In this document: positions 40,467-51,231 of the stretch, in pieces
How the letters are laid out: every line of letters begins with the position of its first letter
Position numbering within the stretch: position 1 is the first letter of the stretch
Source: Spirochaetia bacterium
GTDB taxonomy: Bacteria; Spirochaetota; Spirochaetia; SZUA-6; Bin103
Reading direction: 5' to 3'
Assembly: GCA_965198005.1 (NCBI GenBank)
Contig: CBDAOI010000004.1
Span: 832,001 to 896,000, forward strand
DNA: 64,000 nucleotides
The notes under the pieces: model-generated
The model's database searches: none
What the model saw: only the letters and a program-made list of their open reading frames with translations
Told to the model about the DNA's origin: nothing
Position numbers and translations under genes: made by a program

Positions 40467-40666
40467 ATGGACGCGGGCTTCAAGCTCTCGCGTGAGCAGA
40501 TACTTGAGGTCTACGCTCGAGGCTGGGAAGCGGTGGTCGAGTATCCTATATCTCCACGATCCGGAAGAACGGCGGCAACGTAATTGAAGTCCTGCGGAGC
40601 GTCTTTGCCGGCCACCCGATAAACCCCTCCCTGCCTCACGTCAGCCACCCCCGGCTGAATAGTTAC
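40467..40666 (+). mobile_element. Miniature IS66 derivative (transposase start fused to its end) with right end
   Basis: MDAGFKLSREQILEVYARGWEAVV joined to YISTIRKNGG. 40560-40666 nearly matches 37424-37529. Confidence 0.75.
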
Positions 40667-40744
40667 GACGCGGTCGCCCCGGCGGCGTTTCCCGATGTGC
40701 AACTGGACGTGGCTGGCATCATCCCGGCGCGGTCCGCCGGCTGA
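40667..40744 (+). pseudogene. C-terminal remnant of a Uma2-family endonuclease abutting the IS66 end
   Basis: DAVAPAAFPDVQLDVAGII..* resembles Uma2 C-termini. Confidence 0.45.
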
Positions 40745-40777
40745 CCTGGGTCAGTAGGTACGCGCGCCGGTTACGAG

Positions 40778-41223
40778 CTATTGAGAAAAGAACAGCCGCA
40801 TCAACCAGGCAACAAGGACATCAACTTGGCTGACGTTCGCGTCAAGAAAGCGAGCACTAATCGCCGCACCGAGCGGCATACCTGGCTCCTTCTGCCAAGC
40901 AAGCCAGGTATGGATGATCGCTTTCGGTTCCGCTACTTCCCTGAAGAGGCGATCGGCGTGGGAACGCTATCGTATCCGCTGCCAACCAGGATGTTGCGTA
41001 TCGAATCCCACCGCGTCTTTATTTCCGTGTAGGCATCCAATACGATTCCCACAACGTCGCCTTCTTCGCTCGCCTTGAGCCGAACTGGCACGGCATCAAG
41101 AAGTCTCTCGACGTTATGGTGCGGCCGCACCTCATCTAGGTGAGGAATTCCCCGATTTCCGCATATGTGCTTCATGACATGCTTGTCGTTGTTGCCTTCC
41201 ACGAGCAGTGTCTTGCGCCCCAA
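40778..41223 (-). pseudogene. DUF3226 (TOPRIM-like) protein with internal deletion
   Basis: LLVEGNND..GIVLDA..RW, then in another frame KAIIHTWLAWQKEPG.PLG.AI..WL.RLF. Confidence 0.75.
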
Positions 41224-41224
41224 T

Positions 41225-42323
41225 TCAGCGCACCTCGATTCTCTCGCGAGTCGCGACCGCCACCTCTTCTTCCGAGAACACTGTTGGGACAATCTCGTCG
41301 CCACGGCGAGCTAGACGTAACAATACACCTGTGTCGGGGCTTTCCATAGCGGCCTTTTGAAATGTCTCGATCGCATCCCAGCTGTGCGTGGTTGCAAAGA
41401 CCTGGGTGTCGAGTGTTTGAGCCAAACGGAATATCATCCGCCAAGCATTGAGCTGAGCGGTATGGTGAAGCCCATTCTCGAACTCATCGACCAACATCAG
41501 CCGACCGCGGGCATTGACGAGTGCAAGAATCATCGCGAACAACCGATTCATCCCGTCGCCGAACAGTCGTAGCGGAACGGGACGCGGTATATCGTCGGTT
41601 CGTACAAACGCAGTACGCTGCGTGCGAGACCCCCCCCCACCAACCATCGTGACCTTGGAGATTTGAGGATCGATGATACGAAGCGCCTCTACGACTTCCT
41701 GTTCGTTGTCGGATAGTGCAATCCCATCCCACAGCGTTCCCAGGTCTGCCGTACTCTCGCCATTGTTCGTACCGATGAAGAAGCAGCCAGTTCCGGACTG
41801 CCGTAAGCCAGACACGCGGAGGGAAAACCCAGCGCGCAGGTTCTCGATCTCATGGATACGAGTCTCGCCGGGAGTTGTAATCACAATGGAAGCCTCCCCC
41901 TCCGGTTCATCCGGGAGATGTTCCTCGAACCGCAAATCTCCTTTCTCGTCGCGCTTCCGTGAGAACCAACTCACATGGACTGACACTTTTTTTGGTGAAT
42001 TGCGCCTTGTGTCGAAATGACGAACGGCTCGGGGGAGGGTCCGTCATCTCCGGAAATCCGTGGAACAGACCGGAGAACTGCAAATGAGGACGGGCGGATC
42101 GGTCTGCCCCTGGTCCGGTGGAATATTCCTCGCGATTGCTGAGTATTCTCTGCAACTCGTTCAGCGCTGCGCCCGTAGCGAGAATACGCACTCCTTCAAG
42201 AAATGACGACTTTCCGGTGTTGTTCTTTCCGACAATCAGATTCACGCGGCCGAGCCCGTGAACGTGCAATCTACGGAAGCTGCGGAATCTCTCGATCGTT
42301 ATGTTGTCGATCTAGATCGCCAT
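41225..42323 (-). pseudogene. AAA_15/AAA_21 ATPase, disrupted
   Basis: In-frame TAG at codon 4, GKNNTGKS, a frameshift near 42000, then GDGMNR, DEFENGLH and TTHSWD. Confidence 0.82.
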
Positions 42324-42351
42324 CGCGGGTTACGTCCTTCCCTCCGCTGGG

Positions 42352-43758
42352 TCAGTTCAGCAGTTCGCGGACGTCGGTGACGGCGCCGTTGACGGCGGCG
42401 GCGGCCACCATGGCCGGGCTCATCAGCAGGGTGCGGCCGGTGGGCGAGCCCTGGCGGCCGATGAAGTTGCGGTTGGAGGAGGAGGCGCTCACCTGCTCGC
42501 CCACCAGCTTGTCGGGGTTCATCGCCAGGCACATGGAGCAGCCGGCGCCGCGCCACTCGAAGCCGGCCGCGGTGAAGATCTCGGGCAGCCCCTCGGCCGC
42601 CGCCTGCTGTGCCACCTGCCTGGAGCCGGGCACCACCAGCGCCTTGACCCGCCGGTCGACCCTCTGGCCGCGCACCACGCGCGCGGCCTCGCGCAGGTCG
42701 GAGAGGCGGCTGTTGGTGCAGGAACCGATGAACGCCACGTCGATTTTGGTGCCGGCGATGGGGTCGTTCTCGGCGAGCCTCATGTGCCGGTAGGCGGCGG
42801 CGGCGGTGTCGCGGTCGTCGGCGGGCACCGCGGCGAGCCGCGGCAGGCGGTCGGAAACCCCCACCGACTGCCCCGGGTTGATACCCCACGTCACCACCGG
42901 TTCGATTTCGTCGGCGCGCAGCCCCACTTCGTCGTCGAAACCGGCATCGGGGCCGCTGGCGATGGAACGCCAGTACTCCTCGGCGCGGCCGAACGCCTCC
43001 CCGCTCGGCGCGTGCGGGCGGCCGCACACGTAGTCGGCGGTGGTCTGGTCAGGGTTGACGTAACCGACGCGGGCGCCGCCCTCGATGCTCATGTTGCAGA
43101 TCGACATGCGCTCCTCCATCGACAGCCCGTCGACGGCGGAGCCGGCGTACTCGTAGGCGTAGCCGATGCCGCCCTTCACGCCCAGGGTGGCGATGATCGA
43201 GAGGATGATGTCCTTGGCGTACACGCCGGGGCCGAGCGCGCCGTCGACGCGGATGCGGCGCACCTTGGGCTTGGTCACCGCCAGCGTCTGGGTGGCCAGC
43301 ACGTCGCGCACCTGCGAGGTGCCGATGCCGAAGGCGATGGTGCCGAAGGCGCCGTGGGTGGAGGTATGGGAGTCGCCGCAGGCGATGGTCATGCCCGGCT
43401 GGGTGAGCCCCAGCTCCGGCCCGATCACGTGGACGATCCCCTGATACTCGGAGTCGAGACCGAAGAAAGCGATGCCGTGGCGGGCGGCGTTGCGCTCCAG
43501 CGCCTGATACATCTTCTCGGCGAGCGGATCGCTCAGCGGCCGTGCCCGGCGGTCGGTGGGCACGATGTGGTCGACCGTGGCGAAGGTGCGCTCGGCGTGG
43601 AGCACGGACAGGCCGCGTTCCTCCAGCATCCGGAACGCCTGCGGCGAGGTCACCTCATGGATCAGGTGCAGGCCGATGAAGAGCTGGGTCTCGCCGGTCT
43701 CCAGGGTCCCGACCGTGTGCAGATCCCAGACCTTGTCGAACAACGTAGCGCTGGACAT
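42352..43758 (-). CDS. leuC: 3-isopropylmalate dehydratase large subunit
   Basis: [40 protein letters not shown] and SNRNF motifs. Confidence 0.96.
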   Translation of the reverse strand: MSSATLFDKVWDLHTVGTLETGETQLFIGLHLIHEVTSPQAFRMLEERGLSVLHAERTFATVDHIVPTDRRARPLSDPLAEKMYQALERNAARHGIAFFGLDSEYQGIVHVIGPELGLTQPGMTIACGDSHTSTHGAFGTIAFGIGTSQVRDVLATQTLAVTKPKVRRIRVDGALGPGVYAKDIILSIIATLGVKGGIGYAYEYAGSAVDGLSMEERMSICNMSIEGGARVGYVNPDQTTADYVCGRPHAPSGEAFGRAEEYWRSIASGPDAGFDDEVGLRADEIEPVVTWGINPGQSVGVSDRLPRLAAVPADDRDTAAAAYRHMRLAENDPIAGTKIDVAFIGSCTNSRLSDLREAARVVRGQRVDRRVKALVVPGSRQVAQQAAAEGLPEIFTAAGFEWRGAGCSMCLAMNPDKLVGEQVSASSSNRNFIGRQGSPTGRTLLMSPAMVAAAAVNGAVTDVRELLN

Positions 43759-43860
43759 GAGTGCCTCAAGGTACCGCAACGGCGTGCCGGCGACAACGCC
43801 GGGCGGCGGACGTCCATTTGCATATGTGCGGGTTGCGCGTGCGATGGTAGCATGGAGGCC

Positions 43861-44223
43861 ATGGTGCAGGTGAGGACCGGCATCGACCTGGTGGTGGTGG
43901 AGCAGTTCGCGCGCTCCCTGCAGGCGGGCGGGGACGCCTTTCGCCGCCGCCTGTTCCATCCGTCGGAACAGCAAGCGGCCTCGACCGAACGGCTGGCGGC
44001 GATCTTCGCCGCCAAGGAGGCGGCGTTCAAGGCGCTGGCGTTGCCGCCGGGCAACTGGCTGGTGCTGGAGATCTGTCACTCCGCCGCCGGCCGGCCGTTG
44101 ATCCGGTTCGATTCGGCGTATGATGGCGCCCACGTCGTGAGTTGCGACCTGAGCATCACCCACGCCGCGGGGTACGCCGTGGCGTCGGTGGTGGCGCTGG
44201 TGAACCATGCTGCAGGCAAGTGA
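43861..44223 (+). CDS. acpS: Holo-ACP synthase (phosphopantetheinyl transferase)
   Basis: [19 protein letters not shown] and LSITH..YAVA motifs. Confidence 0.9.
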   Translation: MVQVRTGIDLVVVEQFARSLQAGGDAFRRRLFHPSEQQAASTERLAAIFAAKEAAFKALALPPGNWLVLEICHSAAGRPLIRFDSAYDGAHVVSCDLSITHAAGYAVASVVALVNHAAGK

Positions 44224-44298
44224 CCCTTGAGGATGCCGCGCGCCGCTTCGGCGACCGGCCGACCGGTCAAGAATGGTGTCAAATAACGCGCCAAGCAC

Positions 44299-44326
44299 TT
44301 GACCATGACCTTATTAACTATATACT
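44299..44326 (+). promoter_or_regulatory. Sigma70 promoter of the fic gene
   Basis: TTGACC-N16-TATACT in an AT-rich patch. Confidence 0.55.
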
Positions 44327-44379
44327 GTACCGAGAATTGAAACGTCAAATAAGCGGTCAAACAACGCGGCACAATAATC

Positions 44380-45370
44380 ATGGATTGGGAGCAGTTCGAA
44401 TTCGACTACCGGTTACGCGTCCATGACCCGAGGCTGCTGATCACGATCGAAGCGTACCGCGAGGCCGCACTCAATCTGGTGCTTCCGCCGGACTGGCGCG
44501 ATCAGCTCGACCGGCTGAACCGGGTGCGGGCGGTCTTCGGAACCACCGCGCTCGAGGGCAATCCGCTGTCGGAACAGCAGGTGGCGGAGTCGTTGGACGA
44601 CCGCGCCACCGAGCGGCAACGGACCCGGGAGCAGGCCCAGATCAGGAACGCGGGCCTGGCTCAGGACTGGGTCCGGTCCGGATTCCAACGTGGCGGGGCG
44701 CCGCTGCATCTGACAGACATACTGCAGATGCATCGGCTGATGACCCAAGATTCCGATGAGACGAACAACGTGCCGGGCCGGTTTCGGCGCAACCGCGTGG
44801 TCGTCGGCACACCTGCGCTCGGCGGCGTCCATCGCGGAGCGCCGCCCGCGCACATCCCACGATTGATGGACGGGTTCGTGGCGTTCATCAACTCGGCCAA
44901 GGCACAAGGCGAGCACCCGGTGATCCGGGCGTTGCTCGGCCATTTCTTCCTGGTCACCATCCATCCGTTCGGCGACGGCAACGGCCGCGTCTCGCGGCTG
45001 ACAGAGGCGGCGCTGCTCTACCAGGGAGGCTACAACGTGCACGGGTTCTACGGTCTCTCCAACTACTTCTACCGCAATGGCGACGAGTACAAGATGCGCC
45101 TCCAGGAGTGTCGCAAGACCCAGCCGCTCGATGTGTCGGAGAGCGGGCAAGCGCCGCCGCGTGCTCAACGACCGGGAACACAGCCTGCTGGCCTTTCTGC
45201 TCGATGAGACCGAGCCGGAGGATCCCTTCGCCGAAAAACCGTCGAAACAGATCTCGCTGGCGGACCTGATGGCGTCGTCCTACGTCAGAACCGCGTATCG
45301 ATCCGTCACCCCGCGCACCTTCCGCCGCGAGCTGATCCGCCTCGCCGACCTCGGTTTCATACTCTTCACC
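44380..45370 (+). pseudogene. Fic-domain protein with C-terminal wHTH, frameshift/deletion near 45140
   Basis: HPFGDGNGRVSR Fic motif, and LNDRE..RTFRRELIRLADLGFI in another frame that runs into the acpS duplicate. Confidence 0.82.
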
Positions 45371-45374
45371 GCCT

Positions 45375-45559
45375 CCGCCGCCGGCCGGCCTTGGAGCCGG
45401 TTCGATTCGGTGTATAGTGCTCACGTCATGAGTTGCGATCTGAGCACAACCCACGCCGCGGGTTACGCCGTGGCGTCCGTAGTCGCGCTGGTAAGCCATG
45501 CTGCAGACGATTGACCAGTTTCTTGAGGATGCCGCGCGCCGCTTCGGCGACCGGCCGGC
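45375..45559 (+). repeat. Diverged direct repeat of about 180 bp (cf. about 44081-44261) spanning the acpS 3' end and the ligase 5' end
   Basis: Both copies run from CCGCCGCCGGCCGGCC to CTTCGGCGACCGGCCG. Confidence 0.92.
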
Positions 45560-47969
45560 GCTGCTGTTCAAGCCGGGGTTCCGCTTTCGCACCTGGAGCT
45601 ACCGTGCCCTGTACGACGACGTGCAGCGGGTGGCGGCGCTGCTGCAGAGCCGCGGCATCGGCAAGGGCGACCGGGTAATCCTGTGGGGGCCCAACGCCCC
45701 GCACTGGGTGCTGGCGTTCTTCGGCTGCCTGCGGATCGGCGCCGTCCTGGTGCCGCTGGACCTGCGTTCGACGCCGGACTTCGTGCAGCAGGTGATCTCC
45801 AAGACCGCGCCGGTGCTGGCCTTCATCTCCCGCGTCACGCCGCAGGAGGGCGTCCGCCTGGAGGTGCCGGTCCTCCTGTTCGAGGACCTGGAGCAGCTCA
45901 TCTACGAGTTGCCGCCGCCGCGCGCCGGCGAGCTGACCGGCGACGACCTGGCCGAGATCATGTTCACCTCCGGCACCACCGGCGACGCCAAGGGGGTGCT
46001 GCTGACCCACCGCAACCTGCTCGCCAACCTGCAGTCGGTGCAGCAGGTGATCCCCGGCAGCCCCTCGTTCCGGATGCTGTCGCTGCTGCCGCTGAGCCAC
46101 ATGTTCGAGCAGATGGGCTCGCTGTTCAGCGGCCTGGGCTGCGGCGCGAGCATCACCTTCGTTACCAGTCGGCAACCGGCGCTGTTGCTCAAGCTGATGC
46201 GGGAGCGCAGGGTCACCATGATGCTGCTGGTGCCGCAGGCGCTGGACCTGTTCATGAAGGGGATCGAGCGCGAGGTGGCGAACCAGGGCAAGCAGCGGCT
46301 GTGGGAGGGGTCGCTCAAGCTGGCGCGGCGGCTGCCGATGGCGTTGCGGCGGCTGTTGTTCCACAAGGTGCACGCCCGCTTCGGCGGCCACCTGCGGATC
46401 GTGGTCTCCGGCGGCGCCGCCCTGGACCAGCACCTGGGCGAGAAGTGGTACCTGCTCGGCATCAACGTGCTGCAGGGCTACGGCGCCACCGAGGCATCGC
46501 CGGTAATCAGTTGCCATGCCTTGACCGACGCCCGCTTCGACTCGGTGGGGCGCCCGCTGCCCGGCGTGGACGTGCGCATCACCGGCGCCGGCGAGATCCA
46601 GGTCCGCGGCGCCAACGTCACCCAGGGCTACTGGAACGCCCCGGAGCAGACCGCGGCGGCGTTCGACGGCGAGTGGTACAAGACCGGCGACATGGGGTTC
46701 CTGGATGAGGCCGGCTTCCTGCACGTCCGCGGCCGCATCAAGGAGATGATCGTGCTGGCCAACGGCCAGAACGTGTTTCCCGAGGACATCGAGGCGGTGC
46801 TCAAGAACGACCCCGCGGTGACCGACGCCGCGGTGGTGGGGCTGCGCCGGGGCCAGGACACCCAGGTGCACGCGGTGTTCCTGCTGGAGCAGCCGGAGCA
46901 GGCGTCCGCCATCGTCGCGCGCGCCAATCGGGAGCTGGGTGAACACCAGCAGGTACGCGGCTTTACCATCTGGCCCGAGGCGGACTTCCCCCGCACCCAT
47001 ACGCTGAAGGTCAAGAAGGGCGTGCTGGTGGACGCCCTGCAGAGCGGGACGCAGGGCGCCGCGGCCGCGAGCGCGGCGGGCGCGCAACCGGCGCAGGAGG
47101 CGGATCCGAGGCAACGTCTGGTACACTTGGTCTCCGAGGTGAGCGGGGTGGCCCAGGAACAGGTGCTGCCGGAGCACACCGTGGGCGGCGACCTCAACCT
47201 CGATTCCCTCAAGCGGGTGGAGATGCTGTCGATCATCGAGCAGGAACTGGGAGTGTACATCGACGAGTCGCTGGTCGACTCGACCACCACCTTCGCCCAG
47301 CTCCAGCGGCTGCTCGAATCGCAGGAGGAGGCCAAGGCGGCGCTGCCGCCGTTCTACACCTGGCCGCTCAGCTTCTGGTTCACGCTGCTGCGCGAGGTGT
47401 TGCACCAGACCATCGTGTTCCCGCTGCTGAGCGTCCGCTACCGCATCAGCGCCACCGGGGTCCAGCACCTGGAGGACCTCGCCGGCCCGGTGCTGTTCGC
47501 CGCCAACCACAACGCGGTGCTCGGCGACAGCATGGTGCTGGCCAAGGCCACGCCGCGCGCTTGGCGGCGCCACCTGTCGTTTGCCGCGGCGGCCGAGATC
47601 ACCTTCGAAAAGCGGTTGACGGGGATCGTGGCGGCGCTGGTGGCCAACGCCTTTCCGCTGTCGCGCGAGAGCGCGATCCGCGCCAGCCTGGAGCACATGG
47701 GCCGGATGATGGACGCGGGCTGGAACGTGGTGATCTTCCCGGAGGGGGAGCAGCGCGTCGGCCAGCCGATGCTGCCGTTCCAGAGCGGCGCCGGCATGCT
47801 GGCGGTGGAGTCGCACACGCCGGTGGTGCCGGTGCACATCGTCAGCCAGCCCGGCGGCGGGCTGCGGCCGCAGGTGTCGGTACGCTTCGGGCCGGCGCTG
47901 CGGTTCGCCCCCGGCACTTCCTACCTCGACGCCACCGCCCGCATCGCAGCCGCGGTCAAGGCGCTGTAG
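45498..47969 (+). CDS. AMP-dependent acyl ligase-ACP-PlsC acyltransferase fusion (Aas-like)
   Basis: FTSGTTG..KG, GYGATE and KTGD (ligase), LDSL (ACP), NH....D and FPEG (acyltransferase). Confidence 0.9.
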   Translation: MLQTIDQFLEDAARRFGDRPALLFKPGFRFRTWSYRALYDDVQRVAALLQSRGIGKGDRVILWGPNAPHWVLAFFGCLRIGAVLVPLDLRSTPDFVQQVISKTAPVLAFISRVTPQEGVRLEVPVLLFEDLEQLIYELPPPRAGELTGDDLAEIMFTSGTTGDAKGVLLTHRNLLANLQSVQQVIPGSPSFRMLSLLPLSHMFEQMGSLFSGLGCGASITFVTSRQPALLLKLMRERRVTMMLLVPQALDLFMKGIEREVANQGKQRLWEGSLKLARRLPMALRRLLFHKVHARFGGHLRIVVSGGAALDQHLGEKWYLLGINVLQGYGATEASPVISCHALTDARFDSVGRPLPGVDVRITGAGEIQVRGANVTQGYWNAPEQTAAAFDGEWYKTGDMGFLDEAGFLHVRGRIKEMIVLANGQNVFPEDIEAVLKNDPAVTDAAVVGLRRGQDTQVHAVFLLEQPEQASAIVARANRELGEHQQVRGFTIWPEADFPRTHTLKVKKGVLVDALQSGTQGAAAASAAGAQPAQEADPRQRLVHLVSEVSGVAQEQVLPEHTVGGDLNLDSLKRVEMLSIIEQELGVYIDESLVDSTTTFAQLQRLLESQEEAKAALPPFYTWPLSFWFTLLREVLHQTIVFPLLSVRYRISATGVQHLEDLAGPVLFAANHNAVLGDSMVLAKATPRAWRRHLSFAAAAEITFEKRLTGIVAALVANAFPLSRESAIRASLEHMGRMMDAGWNVVIFPEGEQRVGQPMLPFQSGAGMLAVESHTPVVPVHIVSQPGGGLRPQVSVRFGPALRFAPGTSYLDATARIAAAVKAL

Positions 47970-47996
47970 GGAGGCCAAGGGAGGCCAGGAAGGCCC

Positions 47997-48845
47997 TCAC
48001 GGTTGCGGCTGCGGGGCTCTCGCCGCCAGGCGCGCCACTGCCGACACCACCAGAAAGGCGGCCACGCATACCAGGGCGACGGCGGCCCCGGAGGCGACGC
48101 TGAAGTAGTAGGAGAGGTACAGCCCGACCACCGCGGAGACGATGCCGACCGCCGCCGCTACCAGCACCGTGTGGTGGAAGCGGCGCGTGATCTGCAGCGC
48201 CGCGGCGGCCGGGGCGACCATCAGGGTCACCACCAGCGCGATGCCGATGGTCTGCAGCGCCACCACGATGGCCAGGGCGATCAGGACGTACAGCAGATAG
48301 GTGAGCAGGGTGCTCTTGAGCCGCAGCGAGGCGGCGAACTCGCGGTCGAACGTGACCAGCACCAACTCCTTGTAGAGCAGCAGGATCACTGCGACGATGA
48401 CGACCGAGACCGCGCCGATACGCACCAGGTCGGCGGCCGTCACACTGAGCAGGTTGCCAAACAGAAAGTGCAACAGATCCACCGCGAAGTTGCGGGCGGT
48501 GGAGATCATGGCGATGCCGAGTGCGAACAGGCCGGCGTAGACCACGCCCACCGCGGCATCCTCGCCGATCCGGGAGCGGTGCACCAGGGTGGCCATCCCC
48601 AGCGAGGCGAGGATCGCGGTGGCCGCGGCCCACCAGAACAGACGGTTGCGGTCAGGGCCGGCCACCAGATAGCCGACGGCGAGGCCGGGGACCAGCGAGT
48701 GGGCCAGGGCGGCGCCGATGTAGGACATGCCGCGCAGCACGGCGAAGGTGCCGACCAGGGCGCAGACCGACGCGACCATCGTGACGGCCAGCAACGCCCT
48801 GCCCACGAACGGGTAGGCGAGCGGCGCGAGCAGCAGCTCGATCAT
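47997..48845 (-). CDS. Mn/Zn ABC transporter permease
   Basis: ALAHSLVPG, LFGNLL, KEL..FD and ALQTIG motifs. Confidence 0.9.
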   Translation of the reverse strand: MIELLLAPLAYPFVGRALLAVTMVASVCALVGTFAVLRGMSYIGAALAHSLVPGLAVGYLVAGPDRNRLFWWAAATAILASLGMATLVHRSRIGEDAAVGVVYAGLFALGIAMISTARNFAVDLLHFLFGNLLSVTAADLVRIGAVSVVIVAVILLLYKELVLVTFDREFAASLRLKSTLLTYLLYVLIALAIVVALQTIGIALVVTLMVAPAAAALQITRRFHHTVLVAAAVGIVSAVVGLYLSYYFSVASGAAVALVCVAAFLVVSAVARLAARAPQPQP

Positions 48846-49729
48846 CGCGGCGCGGCGTGATCGCAGTGGCTGTCGGACAGGGCGTAACCGGGGCCGACGG
48901 CATCGATGCGCCGCAGGTTGTTACCGTACGCGGCCGCCAGATGCTCCGCCACCAGCACCTCTGCGGGCGTGCCGGCCGCGATCAGGCGCCGATTCAGCAA
49001 CATCACCCGCCCCAGGTGTTCAGCCACCCCCAGGTCGTGGGTGGCAACCATCACCGCGATCGATTCCCCCACGGAGTCGAGAGTTTCGGTTAGTTGTCGG
49101 CAGGCCTCGGCGTCGAGGCCGGCATACGGCTCGTCGAGCAGCATGATCTCCGCCTCCTGCGCCAGCGCACGGGCGATGAACATGCGCCGCCTCTGACCGC
49201 CGGAAAGCTCGCCGATCTGGCGCCGGCGCAACCCGGTGATGGCGACCCGCTCCATGGCGTCGGCAACGATGGCGCGGTCCCTGCGCCCCGGGTAGCGGAA
49301 GTAGCGCAGCCGGGCGATGCGGCCCATTGCGACCACATCCTCGACGGTGGCGGGAAAGCGCAAGTTGATATCGGCATGCTGCTCGATGTAGGCGATGCAG
49401 ACGTGGCGGTCCGGCGCGCTCCCGTATACCTGCACCGTGCCGGCGGCGGGCCGGTGGGTGCCGGCAATAACCTTGAACAGGGTGCTCTTGCCGGCGCCGT
49501 TGGGGCCCACCACCGCGATCCGCTCGCCCGCGGCCAAGTGCATCGAAACACCCTCGAGAGCACAACGCCCGGCGTAGTATGCGTCTACGTCACGGAGTTC
49601 GAGCATCACCGCGCAGGGGGTGTGGGCGGGCTCACGGCCGCGTTCGGCCCGGCCCGTGATCCGCGGCCCGAGGTGCCCGCGTACCGCGGTCTGGCCTGAA
49701 GAGGCACTATCCGTGCGCGGCAATAGCAT
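48842..49729 (-). CDS. Mn/Zn ABC transporter ATP-binding protein
   Basis: GPNGAGKS, LSGGQRRR, LDEP and THD motifs. The start is uncertain. Confidence 0.9.
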   Translation of the reverse strand: MLLPRTDSASSGQTAVRGHLGPRITGRAERGREPAHTPCAVMLELRDVDAYYAGRCALEGVSMHLAAGERIAVVGPNGAGKSTLFKVIAGTHRPAAGTVQVYGSAPDRHVCIAYIEQHADINLRFPATVEDVVAMGRIARLRYFRYPGRRDRAIVADAMERVAITGLRRRQIGELSGGQRRRMFIARALAQEAEIMLLDEPYAGLDAEACRQLTETLDSVGESIAVMVATHDLGVAEHLGRVMLLNRRLIAAGTPAEVLVAEHLAAAYGNNLRRIDAVGPGYALSDSHCDHAAPR

Positions 49730-49800
49730 ACTTTGACCTATCATTATCATTAGCAGACATCACCAGCCGGTAGATTATCGTACGTGTGTGCTGTGGCGGA

Positions 49801-50142
49801 TCAGGCGCCAGCCACGCCGGCGAGGGCCTCCGGCCGGGAAGCATGCACCGGGATGATGCGGTCGAAGCCGCTGATCTCGAACACTTCCCGAATCGACGCC
49901 GAGAGCGAGCACAGCGCGAACTTGGCCTGCTGCCGTTGCAGCTTGCGGGCAATCAGCAGCATCACGCGAAGACCGGAGCTGCTGACGTAGGAGAGCTCCT
50001 CCAGATCCAGGACCACGGCCCGGTCGCCGTCGTCTATTATCGCCTCCAGACCATCCTGGAATTCCTGGGAGTTGCTGCCGTCGACGCGACCTCCGGTCTT
50101 CACGATCAAAGTTCCCGCGTCTCGCTCCGAGCTGATCTCCAC
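49801..50142 (-). CDS. STAS-domain anti-sigma-factor antagonist
   Basis: GRVD, LDLEELSYVSSSGLR and VFEISGF motifs. Confidence 0.9.
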   Translation of the reverse strand: MEISSERDAGTLIVKTGGRVDGSNSQEFQDGLEAIIDDGDRAVVLDLEELSYVSSSGLRVMLLIARKLQRQQAKFALCSLSASIREVFEISGFDRIIPVHASRPEALAGVAGA

Positions 50143-50235
50143 TCCGGTGTCTCCTTACCCGACCTCGCTGGACGGCTGCGCCGGCCCGCGGGCATCGCTC
50201 CACGCCGAGCCAGCTACGGATTACTACATTCCGCC

Positions 50236-51231
50236 TTATCGTGCAAGTGCCGTGACGATCCGTTCGACGTTGGTACGGATGAACTTCTCGTAGGTGTCGG
50301 CGGGGCCGCCGGGCTCACTCAGAGAACCGGTGTGGACTGCCACCAACTCGATGCCGAGCTCGCTGGTGAGTGGCTCCGCGATCTGCCGGCTCACCGAGGT
50401 GCCGACAAAGATCGCCGGTATGTCACGTTCGGCGATCGTCTCACGCAACTCCGCCATATGGCGTATCGACGGCTCGGAGGCGGTGCTGGCGCCGGGTATG
50501 ACCGTAGCCAACAGCTCGAAGCCGTAGCGGTCGCTGAAATAGCCGAAAACCTCGTGGTCGGTCACGAGCACGCGCCGGTTGTGGGGGACGGCGGCGACCT
50601 GTGTCCGGACCCAGGCGTCCAGACCATGCAGCTCCTCGGCCAGGGCGGCGGCACGACGAGCGTAGTCCGTGGCGTAATCAGGATCGACCTCGGCCAGCGC
50701 CTGGGCAATTCGCGACGGCCATCCGGCAACCAGGGTCGGGTCCATCCAGACGTGCGGATCGAACACGAGGTCGTGATGCCCGTGCTCGTCTTCCTCGTCA
50801 CGATGCTCGCCATCTTGCTGTTGCGCGGCGCGCGCCTCGTCCGGTCGCCGGAGCGGCAGGTGCTCGGACAACTCGACCACGCGCCGTGGCTGCGCGCTGA
50901 CGACCAGGTCGCCCAGGAAGTTGGCCTCCAGCCCGGCACCGTTGGCAAACACCACGGCGGCATCGGCAACCTGCCGTGCGTCACGCGGGGTTGGCTGAAA
51001 CACGTGCGGATCGGCACCTGGGGGCAGCATCACGTAGAGCGAAATCCGTTCCCCGCCGATCCTGGCGACGATGTCACCCACGATGGAGGTGGTCGCCACC
51101 ACCGCCACCGTTCCGCCGTCCGGCTGCTCTCGTGCCGGGGAGGCAACCAAGTGCGAAGCTGCAAGGCTGAACACGACCGCCGCGATTGCCGCGACCGCCG
51201 CGGCACTCTTCAGCTGGGGAACGAGACGCAT
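50236..51231 (-). CDS. Mn/Zn ABC transporter substrate-binding protein
   Basis: Signal peptide, ADPHVF, NGAGLE, DPHVWMDP and TDHEVFGYF motifs. Confidence 0.9.
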   Translation of the reverse strand: MRLVPQLKSAAAVAAIAAVVFSLAASHLVASPAREQPDGGTVAVVATTSIVGDIVARIGGERISLYVMLPPGADPHVFQPTPRDARQVADAAVVFANGAGLEANFLGDLVVSAQPRRVVELSEHLPLRRPDEARAAQQQDGEHRDEEDEHGHHDLVFDPHVWMDPTLVAGWPSRIAQALAEVDPDYATDYARRAAALAEELHGLDAWVRTQVAAVPHNRRVLVTDHEVFGYFSDRYGFELLATVIPGASTASEPSIRHMAELRETIAERDIPAIFVGTSVSRQIAEPLTSELGIELVAVHTGSLSEPGGPADTYEKFIRTNVERIVTALAR

